Shown: in pieces, positions 63,392-64,000 of the stretch
Position numbering within the stretch: the first letter of the stretch is position 1
How the letters are laid out: each line of letters opens with the position of its first letter
Origin: Girardia tigrina
Lineage: Eukaryota
Reading direction: 5' to 3'
Assembly: GCA_001938485.1 (NCBI GenBank)
Contig: MQRK01233770.1
Span: 1-64,000 of the forward strand
Length of the DNA stretch: 64,000 nucleotides
Made by a program: the position numbers and the translations under genes
Notes under the pieces: generated by a model
Databases searched by the model: none
What the model saw: only the letters and a program-made list of their open reading frames with translations
What the model was told of the DNA's origin: nothing

Positions 63392-64000
63392 CTAAGGTTT
63401 TAAGTTATTATTATTATTATTCCACTTGGGTAACTTTCTGATGTGTTTTTCAAATTCAAAGAATTGTACGTTTATTGCCCCAAGAGTTGTTGGAGGTACC
63501 CGAAGTGGTGAAATATGACGAGCTGGAACTAATTGATCAATCACCAAATTGCATTTGTATTTTTCAATACAGCCAACTCCATTGAAAAGTTCTCCAAACT
63601 CTTCGTCCCACGTGAATCTAATTGAATTAATAACCCTTTTGCTAAGGGCAAAAATACCCAACGAGTTGCAAGTCGAATTATTGCACAGAAAAGTAGGTGG
63701 ATTATACAATGAATCAACTACAATAAAACACAATTATTTTCGTCTACAACATTCAAAGAGAATCCTCCTTACGCGGTCAGTGTTGTTTTTGCAGACTCAT
63801 TAAGGTAACTGATTTGTCAAACAAAGTATGGATTGTTTTCGCTGTGTTCAAACAAAATATAAATAAAATACGAATCATTTGATTCTTCAACCTCACACAC
63901 AGTTGAAGGAATTTTTAGCGAACATTTCTGACGTCTATGGGCATGATAACTTGCTGTCTGTTTTTCACTGACACGTCTGACAAAGACGAGTAGTCATGTT
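63392..64000 (-). mobile_element. Gypsy gag-pol remnant (protease to pre-RT linker)
   Basis: EFGELFNGVGCIEKYKCNLVIDQLVPARHISPLRVP matches the F..LG.......I.....P.....RRVP linker that precedes Gypsy RT. Confidence 0.7.

Overview
Very AT-rich, gap-containing eukaryotic (most likely animal) genomic DNA dominated by decayed transposable elements. The only apparently functional host gene I can support is the 3' part of a divergent VDAC/mitochondrial porin on the + strand: an exon at about 4620-4941 and a last exon at 18962-19047, joined by a 14-kb phase-1 intron full of TEs. An intronless TMEM135-like copy with two in-frame stops lies at about 42.3-42.7 kb. The rest is hAT elements (Buster/Charlie and Tip100 types, one with an intact 8-bp TSD), three mariners, Tc1 and pogo remnants and MITEs, a piggyBac cluster, Gypsy fragments, several solo LTRs (some nested) and Penelope-like element pieces. 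The most interesting signal is five minimal type I hammerhead ribozyme motifs inside the VDAC intron, four on the sense strand. One pair belongs to a fold-back Penelope insertion and another is a tandem pair that could form a double hammerhead. All family assignments come from motif recognition by eye, not database searches.
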